From assembly GCA_021813145.1 (NCBI GenBank), contig JAKALS010000005.1, positions 8,022-72,021 of the forward strand: 64,000 nt of DNA. Reading direction: 5' to 3'. The DNA comes from a bacterium (GTDB lineage: Bacteria > Patescibacteriota > Microgenomatia > Levybacterales > UBA12049). A program made the translations under genes and the position numbers. The notes below the pieces were generated by a model that had not been told where the DNA came from, did not search any database, and saw only the letters and a program-made list of their open reading frames with translations. Shown here piece by piece: positions 28,804 to 39,166 of this stretch (the stretch's first letter is position 1; each line of letters opens with the position of its first letter).

Positions 28804-28845
28804 TACTTGACAAAGTCTAGCATTGTTACTATACTTTGTCAAGTA
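28804..28845. promoter_or_regulatory. Symmetric divergent promoter pair / probable HxlR operator
   Basis: 17-bp IR (1 mismatch) TACTTGACAAAGTCTAG-N8-CTATACTTTGTCAAGTA; TTGACA-17-TATACT (+) and TTGACA-17-TAGACT (-). Confidence 0.75.
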
Positions 28846-29390
28846 TGGATAAGGTTAGGATTTTAGGAATAGGAGGAAGTTTAAGAAGAGGCTCATTCAG
28901 TAAAGGACTTCTTTTGGAAGCGAAAAAACTGGCTCCCGAAAATATAGATTTTGAAATTTGGGAAGACTATAATTTTCCTCCGTATAACCCGGACATAGAG
29001 ATTCCCCAAAACGTAAAAGAATTTAAGGATAAGATTAAAAATGCCGATGCCCTCCTTTTTTCCATTCCCGAATATAATTATTCGGTTCCCGGGTTTATAA
29101 AAAATGCAATTGACTGGGCGTCGAGGCCTTATGGAGACAATTCTTTTGAGGATAAGGCTGCCGCAATTATGAGCGAATCTACAGGTACGACAGCAGGCTC
29201 AAAAGCACAATATCATTTAAGGCAGATTTTTGTTTTCTTAAATATACATGTTTTGAATAAACCCGAATTTATGGTTCCAAACGCGAGTGGAAAATTCGAT
29301 AAAGAAGGAAACCTGACGGATGAAGAGACCAAAGCAAAAATTCTACCTTTTCTTAATGCCCTGGCAGAGTGGGCAAAAAGGCTTAAATAA
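28845..29390 (+). CDS. NAD(P)H-dependent FMN reductase
   Basis: GSLRRGS, PEYNYSVPG.KNAIDWASR. Confidence 0.92.
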   Translation: MDKVRILGIGGSLRRGSFSKGLLLEAKKLAPENIDFEIWEDYNFPPYNPDIEIPQNVKEFKDKIKNADALLFSIPEYNYSVPGFIKNAIDWASRPYGDNSFEDKAAAIMSESTGTTAGSKAQYHLRQIFVFLNIHVLNKPEFMVPNASGKFDKEGNLTDEETKAKILPFLNALAEWAKRLK

Positions 29391-29450
29391 TTTTCCTGTT
29401 TATTATATAATTCTTACATACCTTTCATTTTTTAAAAATAAAATATTTTC

Positions 29451-29927
29451 ATGCTAAAAAGAATTGTTAAATTAATTCCTTCCGGGTTTGCGTACGCGCA
29501 CTGCGATATTCCCTGCGGGATTTATGACCCTCACGCCGCTCAGGTTGCGGCATTCACAGTCATAAGAATGACCCAGCTTTTAGAGGATTTGAAAAGAGAG
29601 GGTGAAACAAAAGCGGAGCACGACGTAGCAAGAATTACTCATGTAAAAGAGGAGCATTCAAATATTCTGGAAGACGAACTCGAAACTCTCAGAAACGACT
29701 ACTTCAAGGAAGAACATTTTAAAGAATTTCCCAATCTTAGCGAATTGTTTGTTAATACCCTTAAATTTTCGGCCAAAGCAAGACAGGGAATAGATATGGA
29801 GGCAGCCCAGGGTGCGCTTTCGGGAGTGCAGGAAATAGCTGAAATTTTTTTCAAAACAAAGGGAGTAGAACCTGTAAGAGTGAAATCGGTATACCCTACA
29901 GGCGGAGAAATTGTTCTCTACAAATAA
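29451..29927 (+). CDS. sodN: Nickel superoxide dismutase precursor
   Basis: Propeptide ending AYA, then nickel hook HCDIPCGIYDP. Confidence 0.93.
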   Translation: MLKRIVKLIPSGFAYAHCDIPCGIYDPHAAQVAAFTVIRMTQLLEDLKREGETKAEHDVARITHVKEEHSNILEDELETLRNDYFKEEHFKEFPNLSELFVNTLKFSAKARQGIDMEAAQGALSGVQEIAEIFFKTKGVEPVRVKSVYPTGGEIVLYK

Positions 29928-30217
29928 TGCTTCTTTTAAGAAAATTTAAAATCCTCGGGCATTCGATGGAACCACTGATTAATAACGGAAACGAAGTTGT
30001 TGTAAGTTTTATCCCTTATTTTTTTAAAAAACCCAAAACGGGAGATATTGTAGCTTTTAAAAAAAAACAGGAAATATTTATAAAAAGAGTTGTAAAAGAA
30101 AAAAACGGGGAATATTTTGTTGAAGGAGATAATAAAAAGGACAGTTTAGACAGCAGGAGTTTCGGTTCCGTCAAGATTAATGATATTATAGGTAAGGTAA
30201 TTTATATAGTGAAATGA
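29927..30217 (+). CDS. sodX: NiSOD maturation protease (S26-like)
   Basis: GHSMEP, IKRV, EGDN...DSRSFG; coupled to sodN. Confidence 0.88.
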   Translation: MLLLRKFKILGHSMEPLINNGNEVVVSFIPYFFKKPKTGDIVAFKKKQEIFIKRVVKEKNGEYFVEGDNKKDSLDSRSFGSVKINDIIGKVIYIVK

Positions 30218-30726
30218 TATTTTATCTTTATACCTTACTTGCTATTATTTTTTTGCTTTTTCTTCTTTCTATGGTCTGGCCGCCCGACAGTCCCTGGGCT
30301 CCATGGTGGAGAACCTCCAAAAAAACCGCAAGGAAAATGTGTAAATTCGCGGGTATAAAAAAGGGAGACATTGTTTATGATTTAGGGTGCGGAGAAGGAA
30401 CGGCTTTGTCTATTGCTTCAAAAGAATTCGGGGCGAAGGGCTTCGGAATAGAAATTGACCCTCTAAGATACGTCTTTGCAAGACTACTCATAAGAGTTAA
30501 CGGTTTATCAAAAAACGTAAGAATAAAAAGAGGAAACCTTTTTAACGAAGATTTTTCTAATGCCGATGCTGTTTTTGTGTATCTTGTTCCAAAGACTTTG
30601 GAAAAACTTGTACCTGAATTTAAAAAACTTAAAAAGGGCGCAAAGATTATAAGTTACCGTTACGAAATAAATCTTAAGTTATATAAATATGATAAAAAAA
30701 GCGGAATAAGAGTTTATATTATTTAG
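30214..30726 (+). CDS. Membrane-anchored class I SAM methyltransferase
   Basis: APW, YDLGCGEG, GIEID, VFVYL. Confidence 0.85.
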   Translation: MIFYLYTLLAIIFLLFLLSMVWPPDSPWAPWWRTSKKTARKMCKFAGIKKGDIVYDLGCGEGTALSIASKEFGAKGFGIEIDPLRYVFARLLIRVNGLSKNVRIKRGNLFNEDFSNADAVFVYLVPKTLEKLVPEFKKLKKGAKIISYRYEINLKLYKYDKKSGIRVYII

Positions 30727-31699
30727 CTCGTAGAGCCAGCCATCGCAGCTTATTTGCCAGTTTATATAACAAATAAACATTTTTATTTATCACAAGATCG
30801 TAGCTCCCCAGAAATTCCGTCAGTTCACCGCCGTATCCCTGTTTAAACCGATGAAATCCGTACCAGGGATCTTTTGTATCCGGGTTGGGTCCCATTGATC
30901 CCCACATATCAAATTTTTTTAACCCCAGTTTCTTGCCGTATTTAATCGCTTCCCACATCATAAGGTTTGAGGCCATGACTTCACGATGATTAGAGCTTGA
31001 AGCCCCATACGGATAATAAAGTGTATCTTTGTAAACAAAAAGGATCCAGGTAACCAGGATTTCCCCTTTGTATTTAGCGGTAAACAAGTGTGCGGTCAGT
31101 CTTTCCTTATCGAAATTTTGATTTTTGATTTCTGAATTTTGAATTTTTAATGTTTCCCACATCAACCTGTGATATTTTTTGGTATGGGCATAAAAGCCCT
31201 GCCTTTTTGTTGTTTCCCAGGTTAGCTCCAGATATTTTTCAAAAGCTTTGTCGGAAAATTCTTCTTCTATACTAACCTGGTGTTTTTGGGCAACCTTTAT
31301 GTTATATCTGGTTTTCTGGTTCATGCTTTTTAACAATTCATCTTCGGTTTTTGTTAAATCCAGTAAAAAGGTATATCTGGTAAAAAGGGGATGGGCGGAA
31401 GGGACCAGATTAAGGCTCATAACTTTTATGTGTAGCTCTTCGGTTCTTTGTACGTTTGGCTCAAGCTGTATAAATATGCAATTTTCTTTTTTCCCTAATT
31501 CTTTAAGTTCTACGGCCATCTGTTTTGTTGGCATAGGGCCTTTCGGGAGATAGCCGATATTAAATTTTGTATGGGGCACGGGATGGATTGTTATAAACAA
31601 ACCTTTTTCTCTTATTACTTTAATTCCTGTTTTTCCCCTGAAATTTGCCCATTCTTCACTTTGAAGCGGATGGTTGGTCTTGTATAAATTATTTGTCAT
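30719..31699 (-). CDS. FemABX family peptidoglycan peptidyltransferase
   Basis: PLQSEEWA, YLPKGP, KTRYNIKVA, GFHRFKQGYGG. Confidence 0.9.
   Translation of the reverse strand: MTNNLYKTNHPLQSEEWANFRGKTGIKVIREKGLFITIHPVPHTKFNIGYLPKGPMPTKQMAVELKELGKKENCIFIQLEPNVQRTEELHIKVMSLNLVPSAHPLFTRYTFLLDLTKTEDELLKSMNQKTRYNIKVAQKHQVSIEEEFSDKAFEKYLELTWETTKRQGFYAHTKKYHRLMWETLKIQNSEIKNQNFDKERLTAHLFTAKYKGEILVTWILFVYKDTLYYPYGASSSNHREVMASNLMMWEAIKYGKKLGLKKFDMWGSMGPNPDTKDPWYGFHRFKQGYGGELTEFLGSYDLVINKNVYLLYKLANKLRWLALRAK
31115..31149. repeat. 5x7-nt degenerate tandem array inside femABX
   Basis: attttga tttttga tttctga attttga attttta. Confidence 0.6.
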
Positions 31700-33561
31700 A
31701 AGAAATCCGGGCCGTCACTATTATTATCCACAAAACGAAGGTCGTTTGAAATAATCTCTTGGGGAAGCTCAAGGACAAAGCGGGAGACAACGTTTGTTGT
31801 TTTTTGTCCGAAAAACAGTCTTTTCCTTGCGTATGTTAAGAAGAGTTTTTTTCTTGCCCTCGTCATTCCTACATAACATAGTCTTCTTTCTTCCTCAAGC
31901 TCATTTTTATCCATAAGGCTTCTGGAATGTGGAAAAAGGCCTTCTTCCATTCCGACCATAAAAACCACAGGAAACTCCAAACCTTTTGCCGCGTGAAGAG
32001 TCATAAGATTGACTGCATTTTTTTTATCATCCGAGTCATCGGGATGGTCGGGCATATATTCCTGTTCCACAAGAGCAACATTTTCCAGAAAATTATCTAT
32101 CTGCGGAAATTCTATGGCTACCGAACGGAGTTCTTTTATGTTTTCAAGTCTCTGAAGATCGTCTTCATCTTTCTCGTCAAAGAGAGACAGATATTCGCTT
32201 TCTTTTACAATTTTATCCAGAATATCTATGGTTTTTTCTTTTGTAATAACTTCAGAGGTAAAATATTTCTGTGCTTGGGAGAATTTATTAAATCTCCCTT
32301 TGCCCAACTTTTCAATTCTTTTTAGAGAAATCTTATCTTTGGGATTTGCCAGGACCCTTACCATGGCAAGTATATCTTTTATCTCTTTCCTTTCATAAAA
32401 TCTTGTTCCCCCTATCAAAAGATATGGCAGTCCGAAATGAAGAAAAACTTCTTCTACGCTTCTTGACTGTGCATTAGTCCTATAAAGTACCGCAAAATCA
32501 CTGAATTTTAGGTCAGGATTCTGGTAACGCAGACTCGATACCTGTTGTATTATAAATTCTGCCTCTTTTTGTTCGTTTATTGCCTCGAATAATTCTATGT
32601 TTTCTCCGCCCGAATTTTGGGTCCAAAGCTTTAATACCGGGTGGCCCGTATTTTTTGCTATTATCGAGGATGCCGCGTCAAGAATTTTTTGTGTCGAACG
32701 GTAATTCTGCGAAAGAGAAAAAGTTTTCGTTCCTTTAAAATCTTCTTCAAACTTTGAAAGATTTTGAAAATCCGCTCCCCTGAAGCTGTAAATACTCTGG
32801 GAGAAGTCTCCGACAACGCAGATATTTTTAGCATTTTGAGCAAGAAGCCTGGTCAATTTATATTGTGCATGATTTGTATCCTGATATTCGTCAACCATTA
32901 TATATTGGAATTTATTCTGGTATTTTGAAAGTATCGCCGGATTTTGTTCAAACATTGAAACGGTTTTTAAAATGAGGTCGTCAAAATCCAGAGCATTATT
33001 CTCCTTAAGTATTTTTTGGTAAACTCCGTAGACGCTTGCTACCGTTTGCTGAAAATGGCCTCTTGCATAGTTTGGATATTCAGACGGGCCTATAAGTTCG
33101 TTTTTAGCTTCCGAAATAGTAGTCAAAACAGATGAGGGTTTATATTCTTTTGCCGACAGCCCCAATCTTTGAAAGGCTTCTTTAATTGCATCCTTTTGGT
33201 CCTGGCTGTCGTAAATTACAAAACTCCTGCCTATTTCCATGCTGTTTCCTTCTATCCTTAATATTTTTGCACAGAGGGAATGGAAAGTTGAAACCGTGGG
33301 CTTTGAGTTTAAAGGAAGGCCGAATTTATTAAAGAACTTTTGTATTCTTTCTTTCATTTCGTTGGCTGCTTTGTTGGTAAAAGTGACCATTAAAATATTT
33401 TCCGGGTCTACGGATTTTTCCGCTATCAGATAAACCACCTTATAAGTAAGTACTCTTGTTTTTCCCGAACCTGCGCCCGCCAGGATAATCATAGGCCCTT
33501 GCGAGTTTATTACCGCTTCTTGCTGCTGAGGGTTTAAGTCCTTGAGAAAGTCTTGTTTCAT
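31696..33561 (-). CDS. pcrA: ATP-dependent DNA helicase UvrD/PcrA
   Basis: AGAGSGKT, VDEYQD, QNYRS, TLHAAKGLEF, EERRL. Confidence 0.95.
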   Translation of the reverse strand: MKQDFLKDLNPQQQEAVINSQGPMIILAGAGSGKTRVLTYKVVYLIAEKSVDPENILMVTFTNKAANEMKERIQKFFNKFGLPLNSKPTVSTFHSLCAKILRIEGNSMEIGRSFVIYDSQDQKDAIKEAFQRLGLSAKEYKPSSVLTTISEAKNELIGPSEYPNYARGHFQQTVASVYGVYQKILKENNALDFDDLILKTVSMFEQNPAILSKYQNKFQYIMVDEYQDTNHAQYKLTRLLAQNAKNICVVGDFSQSIYSFRGADFQNLSKFEEDFKGTKTFSLSQNYRSTQKILDAASSIIAKNTGHPVLKLWTQNSGGENIELFEAINEQKEAEFIIQQVSSLRYQNPDLKFSDFAVLYRTNAQSRSVEEVFLHFGLPYLLIGGTRFYERKEIKDILAMVRVLANPKDKISLKRIEKLGKGRFNKFSQAQKYFTSEVITKEKTIDILDKIVKESEYLSLFDEKDEDDLQRLENIKELRSVAIEFPQIDNFLENVALVEQEYMPDHPDDSDDKKNAVNLMTLHAAKGLEFPVVFMVGMEEGLFPHSRSLMDKNELEEERRLCYVGMTRARKKLFLTYARKRLFFGQKTTNVVSRFVLELPQEIISNDLRFVDNNSDGPDFL

Positions 33562-33600
33562 ACCGTATAATGATACCATCACACTATACGTGACTCAAGC

Positions 33601-34266
33601 ATGGATAAGGTTTTTATAGTAGCAAACCTCAAGTCTTACAAGAATCAACAAGAAGCCCAGGAGTGGTTATATAGTTTAAGGACCAATAATTCAAAAATAG
33701 ATTTTACAAAAAAAGAAGTCATAATTTGCCCTCCCTTCCAGCTTCTTGCGGATTTTTCGTCATTTATAAAAACCAATAATTTGCCTTTTAAGTTAGGGGC
33801 CCAGAACGTTTCCCCTTTTCCCGAAGGAGCTTATACGGGAGAAATTAACGCCAAACAGTTAAAAGATTACTGCGAGTACGTAATAATAGGACACTCCGAA
33901 AGAAGACAGTATTTTAAAGAGGATGACGAAATGCTAAAAACCAAAGTACAGCAGTCTTGGAGCAAAGGAGTGATTCCTATTTTCTGCGTCCAGAACGAAA
34001 ACAACCCAATCCCCGATGAGGTCTCAATTGTTGCCTATGAACCTGTTTTTGCGATTGGAAGCGGCACTCCGGATACTCCCGAAAATGCAGAAATGGTAGC
34101 GCGTTCTATTAAAGAGAAAAAAGAAAACATTAAGGTACTTTACGGAGGAAGCATAGATTCGTTAAATGTTAAAAACTTCACATCCTCATCGAACTTAGGG
34201 GGAGTGTTGGTAGGAAGTGCAAGTCTTGATCCCCTTGAATTTATAAGGATATCGGAAAATGCGTAA
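33601..34266 (+). CDS. tpiA: Triosephosphate isomerase
   Basis: ANLK, GHSERR, AYEPVFAIG, LYGGS, LVGSAS. Confidence 0.95.
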   Translation: MDKVFIVANLKSYKNQQEAQEWLYSLRTNNSKIDFTKKEVIICPPFQLLADFSSFIKTNNLPFKLGAQNVSPFPEGAYTGEINAKQLKDYCEYVIIGHSERRQYFKEDDEMLKTKVQQSWSKGVIPIFCVQNENNPIPDEVSIVAYEPVFAIGSGTPDTPENAEMVARSIKEKKENIKVLYGGSIDSLNVKNFTSSSNLGGVLVGSASLDPLEFIRISENA

Positions 34267-35356
34267 GAAAATAATCCCATTAATACTTGGAATACTATTC
34301 ATTTTTTTAATTGCAAGGGCCGTGACCGCGGCTCCGGGAGCTTTTTCTTTTCTTTTCCAACTTCTTTTTAACAGGGGAGTAGCATTAAAGCAAAACGGCC
34401 AAAGCCAGATTAATGTTCTTCTTTTGGGAATAGGTGGAGGAAATCACGACGGGCCGAATCTTACGGATACTATCATACTTGCAAACATTGATCAGAAAAA
34501 AGACAAGGTGACGCTTATTTCTATCCCGAGAGACATGTGGTTTCCCGATATAGATCAGAAAATAAATGCGGCATATGCGATAGGCCAGGCAAAAAAACCG
34601 GGTCTTGGGCTTTTGATGGCGGAGGCGGCTGTAGGGAAAATTACCGGACAGGAAATAGACTACGGGGTGAGGATAGATTTTTCGGGATTTGTTAAGGCAG
34701 TAAATCTTGTCGGAGGACTGGACATAAATGTGGATAATACTTTTGACGATTACCAATACCCGATAGACGGAATGGAAAACGCAAGCTGTGGCCATACCCA
34801 AGCGGAAATACAGGCGATGTCTAATGATTCCCAGGACCAGCTCGTTAAAGACTTCCCGTGTAGATATAAACACCTGCATTTTAATAAAGGTCCCCAACAT
34901 ATGGACGGAGAAACTGCGCTTGAATTTGTAAGGTCGAGACACGCCACCGGTGTTGAGGGAAGCGATTTCGCAAGAAGCAAGAGACAGGAAAAAGTAATAA
35001 AAGCGTTTAAAGATAAAATTCTTTCCCCGCAAACCCTCCTCAATCCTTCAAAGATAATAAGTCTTTACGACACACTTAAATCAAGCATAGATACCGATAT
35101 AAGTCAAAATGAGTACGACGACTTTATAAGACTTGCAGAGGAAATGAAAAATGCAAAAATACAAAGTGCCGTTATAGATACGGGTGATCCGGCAACAAAC
35201 CGTAACGGACTTTTAAATGAGAGCTCTGTCCTTTCGGATTACGGATATACTTCGGCTCTTTTACCGGTTTTGGGAAACGGAAATTATTCGCAAATACAAA
35301 AATACATATCTTGTGAAATCTCAACCGGAAATTGCTCTGTGCCTCCTGCCAAATAA
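34259..35356 (+). CDS. LytR-CpsA-Psr (LCP) family protein
   Basis: LTDTIIL, SIPRD, FVRSRH...SDFARSKRQ. Confidence 0.92.
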   Translation: MRKKIIPLILGILFIFLIARAVTAAPGAFSFLFQLLFNRGVALKQNGQSQINVLLLGIGGGNHDGPNLTDTIILANIDQKKDKVTLISIPRDMWFPDIDQKINAAYAIGQAKKPGLGLLMAEAAVGKITGQEIDYGVRIDFSGFVKAVNLVGGLDINVDNTFDDYQYPIDGMENASCGHTQAEIQAMSNDSQDQLVKDFPCRYKHLHFNKGPQHMDGETALEFVRSRHATGVEGSDFARSKRQEKVIKAFKDKILSPQTLLNPSKIISLYDTLKSSIDTDISQNEYDDFIRLAEEMKNAKIQSAVIDTGDPATNRNGLLNESSVLSDYGYTSALLPVLGNGNYSQIQKYISCEISTGNCSVPPAK

Positions 35357-35364
35357 TTGTGAAA

Positions 35365-36618
35365 ATGAAAAAAATTATTGGATTTTTCCAGGAACCTTTG
35401 TTCTTAAAAATTCTCCTTTTTTTAATTGTGGGCTTAAGATTATTCCTGTTTACTTTTCCGAGTTTTAAAATAGACATGGGAGATTGGCAAGCATGGGCTT
35501 CAAGAATTAATCAGACGGGCCCCTTAGATTTTTATTTGCCGGGAATGCTTGCCGACTATCTTCCGTTTTTTTATCTCCTGCTTTTTATATTCACAAAAAT
35601 ATTTGTATTTATATTTAACAGTCAGGCAATATTTTCTCAAGCATTTGATCTTTATATAAGACTCATAAGCAACAGCTTTGATTTTTTAACCGCCTATCTT
35701 ATTTACAAGATTTTAAAAAACCATAATTCAAAATGGGGTTTTTTGGCAGGGCTTTTGTACCTCGTAAATCCCGCCGTAATTTTTAACAGTTCCGTTTGGG
35801 GTCAAACTGATTCTATTCCAACCTTCTTCTTTATATCGGCAATTTACTTTTTGAATGAAAGGAAAAAAGCAGCTGCATGGTCTATCGGTTCCGCCTTATC
35901 TCTTTTGGTAAAACCTTTAAATGTGGCTGCCATGCCTGTTACCGGAGTACGGCTTTTAAAAAACTTTTCATTAAGAGAAATTATTTTGGCGGCAATTTTT
36001 GCCGTCTTAATTTTTTTCCTTGTTACGGTACCCTTTTTTATTAAAGATCCGCTTTTTGGAATCTTCGGACATCTTTTAAATTCATTAAGTGTTTACCCGT
36101 ATACATCTTTAAATGCTTATAACTTTTGGAGTCTTGCCGTTGGCTGGTGGAAACCGGATTCGGGCCTTTTTTGGGGAATTTCTTATCATTTTTTAGGATA
36201 TATAATTTTCTTTTTAATTTTGGGAATTACCCTTATCCCATACGTAAAAATTAAGGGACGTTTTGAGCTTGATTATTTCGCAGCGGCGGTTTCTACTTTT
36301 GCGTTTTTTTTATTTTTGACAAGAATTCATGAAAGGCATCTTTTTCCTCTTTTTTCACTTCTAATTATTTCCGCTTTTCTATTCAGGTCAAAATTTCTTC
36401 TATTTTCCTATGTAGCGGTTTCTGTTATTAATTTTTTTGACCTTTTTTATTCTTATTATTACTATAATTTTGTTTATCAAAATCCGTTGTCGGCAAATAA
36501 TTTTCTTTTCTTAATCTCGCTGAATTTTGCAAACTTATTCGCACTGGTTCTTCTTTTTCTTTTCGCTTTTATATTTATATTGTATATGAGGACTGCTTTT
36601 TTAAAGCCTGAAAAGTAG
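35365..36618 (+). CDS. GT-C fold polyprenyl-sugar glycosyltransferase
   Basis: DYLP, NPAVIFNSSVWGQTDS, NAYNFW, RIHERH; many TM. Confidence 0.8.
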   Translation: MKKIIGFFQEPLFLKILLFLIVGLRLFLFTFPSFKIDMGDWQAWASRINQTGPLDFYLPGMLADYLPFFYLLLFIFTKIFVFIFNSQAIFSQAFDLYIRLISNSFDFLTAYLIYKILKNHNSKWGFLAGLLYLVNPAVIFNSSVWGQTDSIPTFFFISAIYFLNERKKAAAWSIGSALSLLVKPLNVAAMPVTGVRLLKNFSLREIILAAIFAVLIFFLVTVPFFIKDPLFGIFGHLLNSLSVYPYTSLNAYNFWSLAVGWWKPDSGLFWGISYHFLGYIIFFLILGITLIPYVKIKGRFELDYFAAAVSTFAFFLFLTRIHERHLFPLFSLLIISAFLFRSKFLLFSYVAVSVINFFDLFYSYYYYNFVYQNPLSANNFLFLISLNFANLFALVLLFLFAFIFILYMRTAFLKPEK

Positions 36619-36634
36619 TATAATTATTTTTTGC

Positions 36635-37948
36635 ATGATAAAAAAATATTTAAACAGAAAATATCTGCCCGAGTTTCTCATTTTTTTCTTCGCCTTATTT
36701 ACGAGATTTTTCAGGCTCGATGTCCCCAAAAATTATATTTTCGACGAGGTTTATCATGCTTGGACGGCGGGGCAAATGTTTATGGGTAATCCGGCTGCAT
36801 GGGAGTGGTGGAATACTCCTCCGGCCGGCGTTGCCTATGAATGGACGCATCCTCCTTTGGCAAAAGAGTTCATGGTTTTGGCAATTGCCGCTTTTGGTAA
36901 TAACAGTTTTGCGTGGAGATTTTTTTCTGCCCTTTTCGGGTTCGGAGTAATAGTTCTTATTTATCTAATTGCCTACAAGCTTTTTAAAAGCAGGACAATA
37001 GCGCTTTTTGCATCTTTTGCGGCCTCTTGCGACGGGCTTTTGCTTGTAATGTCAAGAATAGGGATGAACGATATGTATTTCCTGTTCTTTGCGATGCTTG
37101 CTTTTCTTTTCTTTCTTAACAAGAAGAATTTTCTTATGGCAGTTTCCTTGGGTTTGTCGGTTGCCTCCAAGTGGACGGGGTTATTTGCCGTAGGCATATT
37201 GGGAATTATTTTTCTTGCAGAGCTTTCGCTTTTGCTAAAGAGGAAAAAAATAAAACAAAAAGAGGCTCTTAAAAAAATAATTATTTCGCCTATTTATTTT
37301 ATCCTTATTCCCTTTATTATCTATCTTCTTGTTTATCTCCCGTTTTTTACAGGACACCATACTCCTCCCGGGGAACAGCCGTCGCCTTTTAACGTAAATA
37401 CTTTTATAGGACTTCAGGAGCAGATGTATTGGTATCACACCGATTTAAAGGCAACACATCCGTACCAGTCCGTACCGGTGCAATGGGTTTTTGATTTAAG
37501 ACCTGTATGGATTTATGTAAATTATTCAGGAAGTACGATTGCCAATATATACAACCTCGGAAACCCTCTTTTTATGTGGTTCGGGTTAGCTGCCATGATT
37601 TTTCTTTTATTTGATTACATTAAGGAAAGAAATTTAAATCAGGGAATAGTTATTTTTTCTTATCTTGCTTTTTTTGTCCCGTGGGCGGCCTCTCCAAGAA
37701 TCATGTTTTATTATCATTACCTTCCTGCAGTTCCTTTTTTGGCGATTGCTACGGGGTATGTTCTAAATAAATTATTTGCTTCCTCTTCGGGCAGAATTGT
37801 AGTGGCGGTTTATCTTTTTACTCTTGTTGCTTTGTTTATTTACTTTCTTCCTTTATGGACGGCAATACCTGTTCCCAAATGTCAGATTCCGGGACCTAAT
37901 TGTACCAGCTGGTATGATTCCTTCTTCTGGCTCCCGAGTTGGAAATAA
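36635..37948 (+). CDS. Protein O-mannosyltransferase-like (PMT/GT39)
   Basis: IFDEVYH, HPPLAK, ASKW, HPYQS, GNP, YHYLP. Confidence 0.85.
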   Translation: MIKKYLNRKYLPEFLIFFFALFTRFFRLDVPKNYIFDEVYHAWTAGQMFMGNPAAWEWWNTPPAGVAYEWTHPPLAKEFMVLAIAAFGNNSFAWRFFSALFGFGVIVLIYLIAYKLFKSRTIALFASFAASCDGLLLVMSRIGMNDMYFLFFAMLAFLFFLNKKNFLMAVSLGLSVASKWTGLFAVGILGIIFLAELSLLLKRKKIKQKEALKKIIISPIYFILIPFIIYLLVYLPFFTGHHTPPGEQPSPFNVNTFIGLQEQMYWYHTDLKATHPYQSVPVQWVFDLRPVWIYVNYSGSTIANIYNLGNPLFMWFGLAAMIFLLFDYIKERNLNQGIVIFSYLAFFVPWAASPRIMFYYHYLPAVPFLAIATGYVLNKLFASSSGRIVVAVYLFTLVALFIYFLPLWTAIPVPKCQIPGPNCTSWYDSFFWLPSWK

Positions 37949-37955
37949 ACTAAAA

Positions 37956-39161
37956 ATGAAAAAATTGGAGAGTTTTTTAAAAAGCAATAAAAACTCTTTG
38001 CCCCTTTTTTTGGGAACTCTTTTGGTATACGCACTGTCAGGAAATGGAAAAGGAGCCTATTACAATTATTATGTACTTCTTTCTCAAGCGTTCCTCAGGG
38101 GAGATTTATATGTCAGCCAACACCCAGCTTGGCTTAATGAATTGGTGCTGTTTGGCGGACACTATTTTGTCGTATACCCACCAATGCCGGCAATACTTCT
38201 GATGCCGTTCGTCTTTATTTTCGGGTCTTCCTTTTCCCAGCCTTTACTATCCGCCATTTTGGGTGCTTTAAGTGTGACCGCTTCATATTTTGTTATTAAG
38301 AAATTATTTAAGAGAAAGACAGCTTTTTTTATGACCGCTCTTTATGCTTTCGGTACTATGGAATGGTTCCACGCCTCGGTGGGTTCCGCTTGGTATATAG
38401 GCCAGATAGCGGGAATGCTTTTTATTTGGCTTTCGCTTTTAGAACTATTGACTAAAAAGAGACTGTTTTTTGTGGGATTTTTTATTGGACTGGCCTACAC
38501 TTCAAGATTGCCTACAATCCTGGCCTTGGTTTTTGTCCTCTTATATTCTTTTGAGGATTTTATAATCTTAAATAAAAATAGAATAAGGTTAAATCTTAAA
38601 AATTGTTTTTTATTCGGATTGGGATTTTTGCCTGCTTTATTATTCGAGGCAATTTATAACTTTTTAAGATTCGGGGTCTTTTACGACGCAGGTTATTTTT
38701 TGCTTTATAGAGCAGCTGAATTTAATGAGCCTTGGTATAAATTCGGTTATTTCAGTATAAGATATATTCCGGTACATCTAAATGAAATTTTTACCGCCTT
38801 GCCCAAATTTATTCCAACTCCTCCATATGTTATTCCGTCTATTTTTGTTATGGCCCTTTGGTTTGTCACGCCTGCATTTTTAATTATTCCCTTCGCAGAT
38901 TACAAAAAAAGACTTGCGGTAACCTCTTTGGTTACTGTTTTAATTATGTCTTTGCCTGGACTTTTGCATGGAGGCAATGACTTTACTCAATTTGGGTACA
39001 GAAATTCTTTGGATTACCTTCCCTTTATGCTCTTTCTTGTGGCAAGCGCCTTCGAGAAAGAAAAGCTGCAAAAAATAGGGATTGTTCTTATTTTGTTAAG
39101 TATTATTGTTAATCTTTGGGGCGTTGTAATGATTAACTTCTTGAATATTTGGGTTATTTAA
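37956..39161 (+). CDS. GT-C-like multi-TM protein
   Basis: YVVYPP-like motif, YNFLRFG, QFGYRNSLD; follows PMT. Confidence 0.65.
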   Translation: MKKLESFLKSNKNSLPLFLGTLLVYALSGNGKGAYYNYYVLLSQAFLRGDLYVSQHPAWLNELVLFGGHYFVVYPPMPAILLMPFVFIFGSSFSQPLLSAILGALSVTASYFVIKKLFKRKTAFFMTALYAFGTMEWFHASVGSAWYIGQIAGMLFIWLSLLELLTKKRLFFVGFFIGLAYTSRLPTILALVFVLLYSFEDFIILNKNRIRLNLKNCFLFGLGFLPALLFEAIYNFLRFGVFYDAGYFLLYRAAEFNEPWYKFGYFSIRYIPVHLNEIFTALPKFIPTPPYVIPSIFVMALWFVTPAFLIIPFADYKKRLAVTSLVTVLIMSLPGLLHGGNDFTQFGYRNSLDYLPFMLFLVASAFEKEKLQKIGIVLILLSIIVNLWGVVMINFLNIWVI

Positions 39162-39166
39162 AGATT

